In this document: piece after piece, positions 29,316 to 39,721 of the stretch
Position numbering within the stretch: position 1 is the stretch's first letter
Layout: the number at the start of each line of letters is the position of its first letter
Assembly: GCA_041891055.1 (NCBI GenBank)
Contig: CP169074.1
Coordinates: 864,001 to 928,000 of the forward strand
Origin: Halorutilales archaeon Cl-col2-1
GTDB lineage: Archaea > Halobacteriota > Halobacteria > Halobacteriales > Afararchaeaceae
Direction: 5' to 3'
Length of the DNA: 64,000 bases
Notes under the pieces: model-generated
Databases searched by the model: none
What the model was told of the DNA's origin: nothing
The model's input: only the letters and a program-made list of their open reading frames with translations
Program-made: the position numbers and the translations under genes

Positions 29316-30266
29316 TTACTCAGTAACCGGAACTGAAACCTCTTCGACTGCGTCTGAGACCACACCATCGGAGTCGGAGCCGACGATCCTGTGACTCAAG
29401 ACGGCGTGTGCCTCTTCCTTGACGTCGTTGGGCGTGACGTAGTCACGGCGGTTGAGAACCGCACGTGCCTGTGACGACTCCATGAGCGAGATAGAAGCCC
29501 GTGGGCTCGCGCCTATACGTGAGACTTCGCGGCTGTACTCCGAGAGACGTGTTATGTAGTCACGTACTGAGTCACCGACTTCGACCTCGGAGACGAAGTC
29601 ACGCATCCTCACGAGATCCTCTTGGGTCGCGACGGCTTCGAGGTCGTCTAACGGATGGTTCCCCGTGGTTCTCCGGAGAAGCTCAGTCTCCTCGTCGGGG
29701 TCGGGATAGCCGAGATGTATCTTCTTCGTGAAACGGTCTATCTGAGCGAGGGGAAGCTCATAGACGTCGTCGGTCTCGACCGAGTTCTGTGTGGCTATCA
29801 CGGTAAAAGGCGACGGAACCGAACGTGTCTCACCGTCGACAGTGACCTGTTTTTCCTCCATCGCTTCGAGGAGCGCGGCTTGTGACCTGGGTGGCGCGCG
29901 GTTTATCTCGTCGCCCAGGAGTATGTTGGCGAAGACAGGTCCCGGACGGAACTCGAAGTCGTTCGTCTTCTGGTTGTAGACGTTGACCCCCGTGATGTCG
30001 GTCGGACGTATGTCAGGAGTGAACTGGACTCGCCCGAAGGAGACGTCGAACGACTCGGCGAAAGAACGTGCGAGGACTGTCTTTCCGACCCCGGGGACGT
30101 CCTCTATCAGGAGATGTCCACCCGAGAGAACAGCCGTCACGAGATGACGGACAGCGTCGTCGTGTCCCACGATCACCTCGTGGAGGTTCTCGATAACACC
30201 GTGGATCAGAGACGAAGCCTCTTCGAGGTCGACCTCGTCGTCGGAAGACGAAGAGTCTAGACTCAT
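29316..30266 (-). CDS. moxR: MoxR-family AAA+ ATPase
   Basis: GHLLIEDVPGVGKT, QFTPD, DEINRA, ATQN. Confidence 0.95.
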   Translation of the reverse strand: MSLDSSSSDDEVDLEEASSLIHGVIENLHEVIVGHDDAVRHLVTAVLSGGHLLIEDVPGVGKTVLARSFAESFDVSFGRVQFTPDIRPTDITGVNVYNQKTNDFEFRPGPVFANILLGDEINRAPPRSQAALLEAMEEKQVTVDGETRSVPSPFTVIATQNSVETDDVYELPLAQIDRFTKKIHLGYPDPDEETELLRRTTGNHPLDDLEAVATQEDLVRMRDFVSEVEVGDSVRDYITRLSEYSREVSRIGASPRASISLMESSQARAVLNRRDYVTPNDVKEEAHAVLSHRIVGSDSDGVVSDAVEEVSVPVTE

Positions 30267-30320
30267 CTGACGTATATCTGTCCTCGGACTGTATAGGCTT
30301 TGTCGCGGTCGGAGTCACGT

Positions 30321-31496
30321 TCAGATCTCGAAACTCACGTCGCCGGTTCTCATGAAAGCAGTCTCGTACCCCTCGTGTCGTGCGACCTGTGGGGGTGTCT
30401 CGACTGTCACAGTAAGGATCTCGGCGGAGTCGAGTGTCTTGGAATCAACGGGTGATGAGGTTGCGTAGTGGTAGCCTATCTCGGGGTCTATACGTGCTTC
30501 GAGGTACGACTCGAATACTGTCTCCCCGGAGTCGACGAGGCGCGCGGCTAGGGAAGCCATCGGGAGGGGGAACGAGTTGTAGACGGTACGGGGGGAGACA
30601 GCGATATGTCTCGGGATATCGGTGTCATCTTCGTCTGAGTCCGTTTCGACTCCGAGAAGAGTCGGACACAGAAGAGTGTCTCCGAGGCTCTGAGTCCCGA
30701 GTGTATCGCCCGGGATATCCTCGACACGAGGAGACGCCGAGACAGGTATGGCGTAATCCTTTACCATGTTTCTACTTCTCTCCCTCGACTCGTTAGTCGA
30801 CCTAGAAGGTGTCGATAAGGGCGGAACGACCTCTAACTCGCGCGGCTCTATGGCGTCGCGCTCACCCATCTTCCCAGGGTACTTCTTGTACGGAATCTGT
30901 GTCATGCTCGACCTGGTGTACTCGAACGCGAAGTCGACAGTGCCGCCGTCTCCGAACTTCCCCTCAAAGTCTCCAGCCCTCTCTATCTCCATCCCCGGAA
31001 CCGAGACTCTCACGACGTATCTTCCGTTTCCGTCGAGACTGAGGTTGTCGCCGTAATGGAACCCCATGTTCTGAGAAAGCATGGGCCAGAGTGTCCTCTC
31101 CTCGACGGTCTCGTCACCTCTCAGAATCTCGACGTCGACGCCCGACGCGACCGGAAGGACGACTCCCGTCTTGGCGTCCCAGACCGTCGCCATGAGATGT
31201 ATGTCGTCCTCGACAGTGGGATCGACCCTCGAAGTCCTCTGACCCGTGACGTTCCAGAACCTCTCGGGGAAGGAGTAGGTCAGACCCAGCTTGTAGTCTC
31301 CGACAGTCTCGGTTCCGAGGAAGACCATGCTCTCGGTGTGTGTGGGATGGTAGATAGCGTCGGGTCTGTCGTCGGCGAGAGGCGGTAGGACAGCCTGTGT
31401 CCTCGGCTGTCCACGTATCTCTATGCATCCCGGGAGAGACAGAGATACGGAGAGTCCCGTGAAGCCAACGGCTCTGAGAAACTCTCGGCGTCGCAT
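30321..31496 (-). CDS. Tat-exported Fe/Cu-binding protein (p19/Tp34-like iron-transport domain)
   Basis: MRRREFL, IHLMATVWD, MLSQNMGFHYGDN, RHEGYETAF. Confidence 0.75.
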   Translation of the reverse strand: MRRREFLRAVGFTGLSVSLSLPGCIEIRGQPRTQAVLPPLADDRPDAIYHPTHTESMVFLGTETVGDYKLGLTYSFPERFWNVTGQRTSRVDPTVEDDIHLMATVWDAKTGVVLPVASGVDVEILRGDETVEERTLWPMLSQNMGFHYGDNLSLDGNGRYVVRVSVPGMEIERAGDFEGKFGDGGTVDFAFEYTRSSMTQIPYKKYPGKMGERDAIEPRELEVVPPLSTPSRSTNESRERSRNMVKDYAIPVSASPRVEDIPGDTLGTQSLGDTLLCPTLLGVETDSDEDDTDIPRHIAVSPRTVYNSFPLPMASLAARLVDSGETVFESYLEARIDPEIGYHYATSSPVDSKTLDSAEILTVTVETPPQVARHEGYETAFMRTGDVSFEI

Positions 31497-31554
31497 TAGT
31501 TATTATAGCTTGGGTCTTTCTTTAAATACGGGTTCTGGTACGGCTGTCGAATTC

Positions 31555-32832
31555 TCACGGATTCGGAGCCGGTAGCGACCTCAGACTCCTCGGTGGAACG
31601 AGGTAGTTTCCCCTTCTCTCAACTGAGATATACTGGAGTATGCCGTTGTTGGTCTTAGTTCCTACGGGAGAGCTACGCGAGACACCGGTTCCGTTCATAG
31701 CCTTCCGTGTCGAGACGAAGTCGGAGATACTCTCCTGGAGGGCGACGAAGTGTAGTCCCGCCTCGCCGCCATCGGTCGAGTCGAAGTCACGTCTTATCAT
31801 CACGGGAGAGCCGTCACGTCTCGCGGAGACCATCTTCTGTGAGTGTCCGACCATACCGTTGTTTCTCGCCGACTCAACGGCTTCGCCACAGTCCTCCATA
31901 CGGCTAGAGTCACCGAGGCTCTCGCCCGTCTCCTCGACCCTCCCTTCCTGAGCGTGTGCGGGACAGAACATCTTTCCGACCCTCTGGTAACGGCTGTCCT
32001 GTTCGTACCACTGTTCGAGCCTAAGTCTGAGACGTGAGACGTGCTGTGTCGTACCTCCCGCGAACCTACCTTCATCTATAGTTACCCTGTCCTCTGTCGC
32101 CTGGTTCTTCGAGTAGCCAGACTTGAATCCCATGTACATAGGCGCGTCTTCGTCGACTGGCTCCGAGTCAGGTATACCGTCGACGTCCTGGTTCTCGGCG
32201 GGAAGTCCCTCACCCACGAAGCCCGTGCGTCTCTCGTTTCTCTCGAAGACACCGTCGAGCCGAGAGATCTTGACTCCGTTCGCCTCGTCGACCTCTCCCA
32301 GAAGAGCCTCCTCGGCGGTGAGGACGGCAGTCGCGTGGTCGCTAGCGAGATGTAGGACGGCGTCGTGCTTGTCGGGCTCGGGGCTCTCGAAGTCGGCGAG
32401 AGGCTCGGGCTTCGGAAGTTCTATCGGTGTATCGGCGTCGAATCTCTCGAAGTAGTAGGGCGAGTAGCCGACTGTGAAGAGGAGACCGTCGCTCCCCCAC
32501 GCGAAGGCTTCTTCGAGGTCGCTGAGGGACTCTTCGACCGAGTCGCGGTCTTCTTCCGACGGGACGTCTCCGGAGTAGTCGAGGAAGACGAGAACGTGGT
32601 GGCGGGGGTTCAGTGGGTTTCCGTGGTCGTCGCGTCTGAGGTAGTCGTTCCACGCGTGCTGTCTCTCGGGGAGATTAGACGTTCCACCGCGTGGTATACT
32701 GTCGTCGGAACGTCCCATACACGCCGCGAGCGCCGAGGCTCCTCCTATCGCGACCGCCGACTTGAGGAACTCACGTCGGCTTATGCCCCTCACGTTGTCT
32801 CGACTTTGGCTACGACTACCGCTCCGATCCAT
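31555..32832 (-). CDS. Tat lipoprotein, DyP-type peroxidase-like
   Basis: SRREFLK, LAAC, MGFKSG, GGTTQHVS, IRRDFD, GLHFVALQ. Confidence 0.7.
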   Translation of the reverse strand: MDRSGSRSQSRDNVRGISRREFLKSAVAIGGASALAACMGRSDDSIPRGGTSNLPERQHAWNDYLRRDDHGNPLNPRHHVLVFLDYSGDVPSEEDRDSVEESLSDLEEAFAWGSDGLLFTVGYSPYYFERFDADTPIELPKPEPLADFESPEPDKHDAVLHLASDHATAVLTAEEALLGEVDEANGVKISRLDGVFERNERRTGFVGEGLPAENQDVDGIPDSEPVDEDAPMYMGFKSGYSKNQATEDRVTIDEGRFAGGTTQHVSRLRLRLEQWYEQDSRYQRVGKMFCPAHAQEGRVEETGESLGDSSRMEDCGEAVESARNNGMVGHSQKMVSARRDGSPVMIRRDFDSTDGGEAGLHFVALQESISDFVSTRKAMNGTGVSRSSPVGTKTNNGILQYISVERRGNYLVPPRSLRSLPAPNP

Positions 32833-32896
32833 GTTCTGTTCTATACTCTGTGTAACCCTCTCAGAATAAACTGCGTTCTGGTACGTGAGTCTAAAA

Positions 32897-33421
32897 CTAG
32901 AGCTGGTCGAAGAGACGTATGAAACGGTCGATGAGCTTGTCGGGGAGAGACGGAGAGACTATTTCGAGTAGGTCACGTGTCTTCTCGGGCTGTGTGAGGA
33001 CGACGTTGACCCTTCCTCCCATGTCGCGCTCCTTCTCGACTATCTCCTGTTCGATGAGATGGTCGAGATGCCACTCAAGCGTGCTCCTCGCTATGCCTAG
33101 CTCGTCAGTCATCTCCGACGGCTTCGCACCGTTCTCGTCTATGAGATGTAGGAGTATCTCGCGCGAGGTCTCACGACGGAAGAGTGCTAGTGCGTTTCTC
33201 TCCCAGTCGTCGTATGTCTCGGGGTAGTAATGCGTGTGTCCGTAAAGACTCTGTTCGACTATGTCCTTGCCCTCTTCGAGACGCCTGAGATGGTACTGAA
33301 CCTGTCCCGGAGCGAGGTCGAGAGACCGGACTATCTGGTTGAAGTAGACTCCCGGGTTACTCCTTATGTAGTCCTCTATCGTGCTACGCGTCTCGCTCAT
33401 TGTTCTATATTCCTCACCCAC
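32897..33421 (-). CDS. Double winged-helix transcriptional regulator
   Basis: NPGVYF..LAPGQVQYHL and ARSTLEWHL HTH motifs. Confidence 0.85.
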   Translation of the reverse strand: MGEEYRTMSETRSTIEDYIRSNPGVYFNQIVRSLDLAPGQVQYHLRRLEEGKDIVEQSLYGHTHYYPETYDDWERNALALFRRETSREILLHLIDENGAKPSEMTDELGIARSTLEWHLDHLIEQEIVEKERDMGGRVNVVLTQPEKTRDLLEIVSPSLPDKLIDRFIRLFDQL

Positions 33422-33953
33422 CGTCTAAAACGTCACGGATCTTGCGTGATAGCTTCTCCTCGCCGACGACTCCGGCGTGGCTCCACGCTACCTCGCCGTC
33501 GGTGTCGACTATCACGAGATACGGCATTCCCGTCGCACTCACGGATCTCGTGAGCTTTCCGTCGTCGTCGAATCCGACTGTCCAGTCTCCGCCGTTCTGG
33601 TTCCACCAGTCACGTATGTCGTCCCTCGTGACCGAGAGATCCTCGCCGACTAGCTGGTTTGTGACAGAGACGAAGACGGCTTCGTCCCCAAGACGTAACT
33701 CGACGGCTCCGAGCGAGTCCATCTGGTCGACACACGGAGCACACGTCGTAGAGAATATGTCTATTACAGTGACCTCGCCGTCGACGGGGACAGTCAGAGA
33801 GCCGGGCTGGCTTCCGCTCGCGTCGAGTGTGTCTACTTCGACCTGACTTAAACCCTGATCGGCGAAGGGACGCGTCAGACTCACCCACGCTCCTAAGGCT
33901 GTGAGACCCGTTCCGCCCAAGGCAGCGATAAGCTCACGTCGAGACAGGTTCAT
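33414..33953 (-). CDS. Tat-exported TlpA-like thioredoxin
   Basis: SRRELI, CAPC, GMPYLV. Confidence 0.85.
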   Translation of the reverse strand: MNLSRRELIAALGGTGLTALGAWVSLTRPFADQGLSQVEVDTLDASGSQPGSLTVPVDGEVTVIDIFSTTCAPCVDQMDSLGAVELRLGDEAVFVSVTNQLVGEDLSVTRDDIRDWWNQNGGDWTVGFDDDGKLTRSVSATGMPYLVIVDTDGEVAWSHAGVVGEEKLSRKIRDVLDGG

Positions 33954-33964
33954 AATATCTCACT

Positions 33965-34660
33965 CTACTCTTGCTCTTGGTGTGCCTCGCGCACCTCGGC
34001 GAGTGCATCACGTACCTCCTGCCACGAGGGCCCCGATGTCGTCGTCATAGTCCATGCCCTCTCGACGTAGCCTTCGGGATTCGCGAGTACTATGAGTCCG
34101 AGATGGGTGAAATGGTACTCAGTTCCTACTGCGGACTCCTTTCTGAACTGTATGCCGTACTTCTCGGCGACCACTTCCTTCGCCCTGTCCTCCGACTCAG
34201 GCCTAAGGTAATGCCAGTTTCCGGCGTCGAGATTTACGTTCATCCGGTCGGAGTACTCACGTAGCCTGTCGGCTGTGTCACGCGCGGGATCGAAGGTTAT
34301 AGGGAGAAAGACAACTTCGTCGGTGTAATCGTTCTTGATCGAGTCTGCCTGTACGTTGCTGAGTGTCGATATGAGACGTGGACAGACCGTGTTACAGTTC
34401 GAGTAGAAGAAGGTCATAAGGACATTGTTGTCGACCTGAGTCGTCGTGTACTCGTCGCCGGTTATGGGGTCGGTAAGAGTCGCCTCAGGCAGCTTCTGTC
34501 CGTAGGCTGGATATGACAGAGCCTCGCTCTTCGCCCTCTGACTCTCGCGTTTGTCGAGATACGTCTGACCGCCCGACGATCCCCCCATCACACTAGTACA
34601 GCCTGCGGTCGAGGCTACCGCTGTTGTCCCGAGAAGCTTGAGAAGGTTACGCCTCTTCAT
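33965..34660 (-). CDS. SCO1/SenC copper chaperone lipoprotein
   Basis: MKRRNLL, TAGC, CNTVCP, ITFDPARD, FTH; true start taken as 34660. Confidence 0.9.
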   Translation of the reverse strand: MKRRNLLKLLGTTAVASTAGCTSVMGGSSGGQTYLDKRESQRAKSEALSYPAYGQKLPEATLTDPITGDEYTTTQVDNNVLMTFFYSNCNTVCPRLISTLSNVQADSIKNDYTDEVVFLPITFDPARDTADRLREYSDRMNVNLDAGNWHYLRPESEDRAKEVVAEKYGIQFRKESAVGTEYHFTHLGLIVLANPEGYVERAWTMTTTSGPSWQEVRDALAEVREAHQEQE

Positions 34661-34718
34661 TACTGGGGGATAGTGGAAAGGCGAGTATAACTCGTTTGGT
34701 ATGTGACTAGAAACCGGT

Positions 34719-35933
34719 CTAAGTGAAGCTGTCGAGCCCCTCGTCGTGTGTCTCTGCGTTCTCCTCACGTGGTGACTCGTTACCGTCGACAGTCACTGTG
34801 CTGTTCCAGTTGACGCTTCCCTCGACGCCGTCGTTCCAGCCTTCCTTGACATAGACCGACGTGAGACTTATCTCGTCGCCCGGGCGGAGTTGGATGTCGG
34901 CTTTTTCGCCCCAGAGAGCGACGCGCATCTCTCCAGACGGGTCGCTCACACGTATGTTTCTGACACTGCCCTCGCTGCCGTCGTCCCTTGTGAAGGTTCT
35001 CGTCTCCTCGACGTCTGTGACGACGCCGTCTATGTCGTAGGTCTCATCTATCTCGACGTCTTCTATGGGTGTCGAGTCGGGGACGAACTCGACCTCGTCG
35101 TCTGTCTTGTCTACAGTACCCCTGTCACCGACGTGGAGTTCGAGGTCGCCGTCATCGATCCTCGTGTAGCCGCCCTTGACTCTCACGACGTCGCCCTCGG
35201 TCAGCCGTTTGACGTCGTCGGCTCTTCCGTCCCAGAGAGTGAGACGTATCCAGTCGGTGTCGTCTCCTACGACGAGGTTCGAGACACGTCCCTCTTCTCC
35301 CTCATCGCGGTCGAAGGTTCTGACATCAGAGGTCTCTATCACCTCGGCGACTATCTCGACCTCCGACATGCCCTCAGTCAGATCTCCGACAGACGTCGCA
35401 GTGTCGATAACGTCGACGTCGGTCTCGTCGTCGGGTTCGACCTCTGTCGCGCTGACCTCGACACCGCCTCGGTATCCCTCCCTCGGCGAGCCGCCTATCT
35501 TGAGTACGTCTCCGACAGAGAGCTCGTCTATCGAGTCGGCGTACTCGTCCCAGAGTGCGACACGTACACGTCCGGTCTCGTCTCCGACCTCTATGTTGGC
35601 GACCTTTCCGTCGTCTCCGTCGTCCCTCTCGAAGCTACGTACATCGCCTATGTCGACGACCTTCGCGGTGAACTTGACCTCACTCATCTCGGTGGTTATG
35701 TCGTCGACCGAGTCGGTTATGCTGTCGTTCATCTCGTGGGCGACTAACTTCGCCGCGGTCGGAACGTCACAGAGCCCCCCCATCTGTTCGACCTTCTTCT
35801 CGACGAAGCCCTCGAACTCGTCCCTCGAAACGTCGGCGTCGACGTCAAGGTTCGAGTAAGTCTCCTCGACCGCCTCCAGTTCGTCGTCCGAAAAAGAGTG
35901 TCCCTCAGTGTCGTCAGTCGAACCCGAAGCCAT
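34719..35933 (-). CDS. rpa: Replication protein A / SSB (three OB folds)
   Basis: Three repeats of RxFxRDDGxxGxVxN..GDxTGxxRxxLW. Confidence 0.9.
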   Translation of the reverse strand: MASGSTDDTEGHSFSDDELEAVEETYSNLDVDADVSRDEFEGFVEKKVEQMGGLCDVPTAAKLVAHEMNDSITDSVDDITTEMSEVKFTAKVVDIGDVRSFERDDGDDGKVANIEVGDETGRVRVALWDEYADSIDELSVGDVLKIGGSPREGYRGGVEVSATEVEPDDETDVDVIDTATSVGDLTEGMSEVEIVAEVIETSDVRTFDRDEGEEGRVSNLVVGDDTDWIRLTLWDGRADDVKRLTEGDVVRVKGGYTRIDDGDLELHVGDRGTVDKTDDEVEFVPDSTPIEDVEIDETYDIDGVVTDVEETRTFTRDDGSEGSVRNIRVSDPSGEMRVALWGEKADIQLRPGDEISLTSVYVKEGWNDGVEGSVNWNSTVTVDGNESPREENAETHDEGLDSFT

Positions 35934-35974
35934 GAAAGACGAATAAGAAACGCGGTGTCTTATGTCTGTCTATA

Positions 35975-36955
35975 CTACACTCCGGCTCCGATAGCCTCCG
36001 CCTGTTCGTGGTAACGGTTACGTATAGTGACCTCTGTCACACTTGCCGCCTCGGCGACCTCCTTCTGTGTCCTCTTCTCGTTGCACAGAATAGAAGCGAG
36101 ATATATCGCGGCGGCGGCGTATCCTGTCGGCGACTTACCGCTGAGAAGACCCTGTTCGGCTGTGTCGTGTATTATGTCGCTCGCCTTCTGCTGTACCTCC
36201 TCGCTGAGGTCGAGGTCAGAAGCGAACCTCGGTACGAACTCGGCGGGGTCAGTCGGACCTATTTCGAGGTTGAGCTGACGTGCGACGTACCTGTAGGTTC
36301 TCGCTACCTCCTGTTTCTCGACACGTGAGACCTCGGCGATCTCGTCGAGCGAACGCGGTATGTTCTCCTGTCTGCACGCCGCGTAGAGCACTGAAGCCGC
36401 GACGCCCTCTATCGAACGTCCCGGGAGCAAGTTCTCGTCGAGTGCGCGTCTGTATATCATCGAGGCGACCTCACGCGTGCTCTCGGGTATGTTGAGCGAC
36501 GACGACATACGGTCTATCTCCCCGAGAGCGAACTGTAAGTTACGCTCCTTAGAGCCGCTCGTCCTTATGCGGTTCTGCCACTTGCGGAGCCTCTTCATCT
36601 GAGCGCGCCTGTCAGCGGAGAGCGACTGACCGAAGGCGTCCTTGTCCCTCCAGTCGATGTTGGTCGTGAGTCCCTTGTCGTGCATCCGCTGTGTCATGGG
36701 AGCTCCGACACGTGACTTCTCGTCACGCTCCTTCGAGTCGAATGCGCGCCACTCGGGACCTCTGTCGACCTGCTCGTCCTCGACGACGAGACCACAGTCC
36801 TGACAGACAGTCTCGCCCCTCTCAGAGTCCTCCACGAGGTTGTCGGAGCCACACTCGGGACATTCATGTACCGTCTCCTCTTCCGTCTCCTCCTCTTTCT
36901 CCGACTCAGAGCCCTGGTACTCTCTAACGGATTCTGATGACCTGAGATTAACCAT
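35975..36955 (-). CDS. tfb: Transcription initiation factor IIB
   Basis: CPECG..CQDCG Zn ribbon, GPEWRAF, two cyclin repeats, TEVTIRNRY. Confidence 0.97.
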   Translation of the reverse strand: MVNLRSSESVREYQGSESEKEEETEEETVHECPECGSDNLVEDSERGETVCQDCGLVVEDEQVDRGPEWRAFDSKERDEKSRVGAPMTQRMHDKGLTTNIDWRDKDAFGQSLSADRRAQMKRLRKWQNRIRTSGSKERNLQFALGEIDRMSSSLNIPESTREVASMIYRRALDENLLPGRSIEGVAASVLYAACRQENIPRSLDEIAEVSRVEKQEVARTYRYVARQLNLEIGPTDPAEFVPRFASDLDLSEEVQQKASDIIHDTAEQGLLSGKSPTGYAAAAIYLASILCNEKRTQKEVAEAASVTEVTIRNRYHEQAEAIGAGV

Positions 36956-37075
36956 TATACTTATAATAACGTATCCCAAACATTTAAAGACTTCCCCGAA
37001 TTATATAGGCAAGTCGTAGACACGTAGTCGGAGACATGGAAAGCTATTAAGTCGCTCTCTCCGAGTATAGAAGGT

Positions 37076-37495
37076 ATGAAGTTCGCAGTCGCGGTCGACG
37101 GATCGGATCAGAGTGACAACGCCGTGAGTTACGCCATGAACATAGCCGAGTGTCTGGGTGCTTCGGTGACTCTCCTCCACTCGTCGGTTCCCGAGATATA
37201 CTCCGAGGGAGGAGACATGCTCATAGAGGACATGTCGGAAGCTGAGACGAGGGGCGAGACGGTACTCGCCGACGCGAGGGAGACAGCGGAGAGCCAGAAC
37301 TCGGAGATAGAGATAAGTGCTGAGCTGTTATACGGAGACCCCGCCGACGAGATAGTCAGGTACGCCGAGGACGAGGAGTTCGACGCGATCTACGTCGGAC
37401 ACAGGGGAATGTCACAGAAACAGGAGGATCTCATGGGAAGTGTCGCGCAGGAAATCGTAAGAAGGGCGTCGATGCCCGTGACTGTGGTAAGATGA
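37076..37495 (+). CDS. Universal stress protein
   Basis: VAVDGS, GDPA, GHRG...GSVA...PVTVV. Confidence 0.9.
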   Translation: MKFAVAVDGSDQSDNAVSYAMNIAECLGASVTLLHSSVPEIYSEGGDMLIEDMSEAETRGETVLADARETAESQNSEIEISAELLYGDPADEIVRYAEDEEFDAIYVGHRGMSQKQEDLMGSVAQEIVRRASMPVTVVR

Positions 37496-37950
37496 CGGAC
37501 ACGGTCGAACTCCCTTTCGCACCCGTCGACAGCCTGATACGTGAAGCCGATCCCGAGATACGCGTGAGTGCAGACGCTTCGGAGAGGCTCGCCGAGGTTA
37601 TACAACGGAAGGGCGCGGAGGTCGCCGCCGAAGCCGCCGAGAAAGCCACCGACGACGGACGTAAGACGGTGATGGCGGACGACTTCGGCTTCAACTCCGA
37701 CCCCGGCCCCGATGAGGTCTCAAAGGACGATCTCTGTCTTCCGATCGCTCCCGTTGACAGGATAGCACGTCTCGACATACACAACTACAGGATAAGCGAG
37801 GAGGCGCGTCTCGTACTCGCCGACTACTTAGAGGACTGGGCGAAGGATATAGCGGCGTCGGCGGCGGATCTCGCACGCCACGCCGAGAGGAGAACAGTTC
37901 AGTCGGAGGACATAGACGCCTATCTCGAAATCTGTGGCGACGGCTCGTGA
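37492..37950 (+). CDS. hpyA: Archaeal doublet histone (HpyA/HstA type)
   Basis: ELPFAPVDSLIR..RVS..RKT and LPIAPVDRIAR..RRTV: tandem histone folds. Confidence 0.9.
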   Translation: MTDTVELPFAPVDSLIREADPEIRVSADASERLAEVIQRKGAEVAAEAAEKATDDGRKTVMADDFGFNSDPGPDEVSKDDLCLPIAPVDRIARLDIHNYRISEEARLVLADYLEDWAKDIAASAADLARHAERRTVQSEDIDAYLEICGDGS

Positions 37951-38019
37951 GACCGAAAACAACTCTTTTAAATATACGACGAACAAAGGGAGTAAGTAAG
38001 ACCGAATTCAAGTGATACT

Positions 38020-38589
38020 ATGGCAAAATCGTTCTACTCACACGTTCAGGAAGCCTGGAAGAACACCGATGAAGGTGACATCTCAGAGCTTCAGTGGAGA
38101 CGTATGCAGAGATGGAGGAAGCAAGGCGCAATTGAGAGGGTCGAGAGACCAACGCGTATAGACAGGGCGAGGTCTCTCGGATACAAGGCGAAGCAGGGTG
38201 TAGTCGTCTCACGTACGAGAGTCCGTAAGGGAACAGCGAGGAAGCAGCGTTTCAAGGCAGGAAGAAGGTCGAAGAGGACGGGTGTAACGAGAGTCACTCC
38301 GACGAAGAACACACAGAGGATAGCCGAGGAGAGAACTGCGCGCAGGTTCACAAACCTAGAGATCGTCAACTCGTACTGGGTCGGCGACGACGGAGACCAA
38401 GAGTGGTTCGAGGTCATACTCTACGACCCCGACCATCCCGCAGTTCAGAACGACCCCGACCTCAACTGGGTATGTGACGAGAGCCAGACGGGACGTGTCT
38501 TCCGCGGAAAGACGAGCGCGGGACAGTCAAACCGTGGTCTCGAGACACGCGGAAAGGGAGCCGAGAGGCTCCGACCCAGCAGAAGTTAA
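38020..38589 (+). CDS. rpl15e: 50S ribosomal protein L15e
   Basis: RPTRIDRARSLGYKAKQG, NSYWVG. Confidence 0.97.
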   Translation: MAKSFYSHVQEAWKNTDEGDISELQWRRMQRWRKQGAIERVERPTRIDRARSLGYKAKQGVVVSRTRVRKGTARKQRFKAGRRSKRTGVTRVTPTKNTQRIAEERTARRFTNLEIVNSYWVGDDGDQEWFEVILYDPDHPAVQNDPDLNWVCDESQTGRVFRGKTSAGQSNRGLETRGKGAERLRPSRS

Positions 38590-38598
38590 AATTTAATT

Positions 38599-39567
38599 TT
38601 AGTCGTCTCTCTCGTCTTCTTCTCTCAGACTCCTTATCTGCCTCATCTCCTCCCTGTGGAGGTCGACGACTATGTCGCTCAGGGAGCCGAAGATGAATAG
38701 CTGAACCCCCGCGAGGACGAGGAGTGCGGTGAGAACAGCGAGGAGGTTGTGGCTGATCCCGTTGACGTACCTGTCGTAGACTACGTAGAGACCCGAGACG
38801 AAGCCCGCTAAGAAGAGGAGTCCTCCTATGCTCCCGAAGTAAAAGAGTGGGTTGTTGGTCTTGGTCATACGGTAGATAGTGTAGCCTATCCTCGCGCCGT
38901 CCTTGATGGGATGTAGCTTGGTGTCTGCGGTCTCAGGACGTGACCTGTAAGAGACGGGAACGCTCACGACGTCGAGGTCGTGTTTGAGAGTCTCGACAGT
39001 CATCTCCGTCTCTATGCCGAATCCCTTCTCCTCTAAGTAGAGATCCTCAGCCGACCTTCTCGTGAAGGCACGGTAGCCGGTGAGTATGTCGCTGAGGTCT
39101 CTGCGGTGTGCGAGACTGAAGACACGGTTGAAGACCCTGTTTCCGACGTAGTTGAGACGCGTGAAGGCTCCCTCGTCGGGGTCTGAGAGGCGGTTTCCGA
39201 GTACGTGGTCGTAGCCTCTTTCGAGGGGTTCGAGGAGGAGTTCAACGTCTTCGGGGTCGTATGTCCCGTCTCCGTCTACCATCACGACGTAGGGCTCGTC
39301 TATGAGGTTTATCGCCTCCTGTACCGCCTGTCCCTTTCCGCTCCCCGACTGGACGACAACACGTGCGCCCTTCTCGCGGGCTATCTCACGCGTCTCGTCG
39401 TCGCTCCCGCCGTCGATAACGAGTATGTTGTTGAATCCTAATCCCGAGAACCCCTCGATGACCTCTCCTATGGCTCCCTCCTCGTTGAGTGTGGGTATGA
39501 GTACACAGACTTCGTCCTTTGAGACGTCTCTCACCTTCGTGTCGCCGAGGCTCTCGGGGTCTTTCAT
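38599..39567 (-). CDS. aglJ: GT2 dolichol-phosphate hexosyltransferase (AglJ-like)
   Basis: IPTLNEE, DGGSDD, GKGQAV, DGDGTY, two C-terminal TMs. Confidence 0.85.
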   Translation of the reverse strand: MKDPESLGDTKVRDVSKDEVCVLIPTLNEEGAIGEVIEGFSGLGFNNILVIDGGSDDETREIAREKGARVVVQSGSGKGQAVQEAINLIDEPYVVMVDGDGTYDPEDVELLLEPLERGYDHVLGNRLSDPDEGAFTRLNYVGNRVFNRVFSLAHRRDLSDILTGYRAFTRRSAEDLYLEEKGFGIETEMTVETLKHDLDVVSVPVSYRSRPETADTKLHPIKDGARIGYTIYRMTKTNNPLFYFGSIGGLLFLAGFVSGLYVVYDRYVNGISHNLLAVLTALLVLAGVQLFIFGSLSDIVVDLHREEMRQIRSLREEDERDD

Positions 39568-39619
39568 CTTATCAGTTGGGTTAGGAATGTGTGACTGACT
39601 CTAAAAGGCTGTCGTTGTA

Positions 39620-39721
39620 CACTGTCAAGTTTAGAGATGGTGTTGTGAAGAGCAGCATAGGATTTCAGCCAGTTAGAGATTGATTGGAGCTATTGGTTGG
39701 GAAGTGATCCCAGAACCGAGT
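39620..39721 (-). mobile_element. Isolated IS6-family end fragment (direct repeat copy 1)
   Basis: 39623-39721 matches 42264-42362 at 96/99 nt; CACTGTCAAGTT resembles an IS6 terminal IR; encodes transposase C-terminus ..LGSLPNQ*. Confidence 0.75.
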
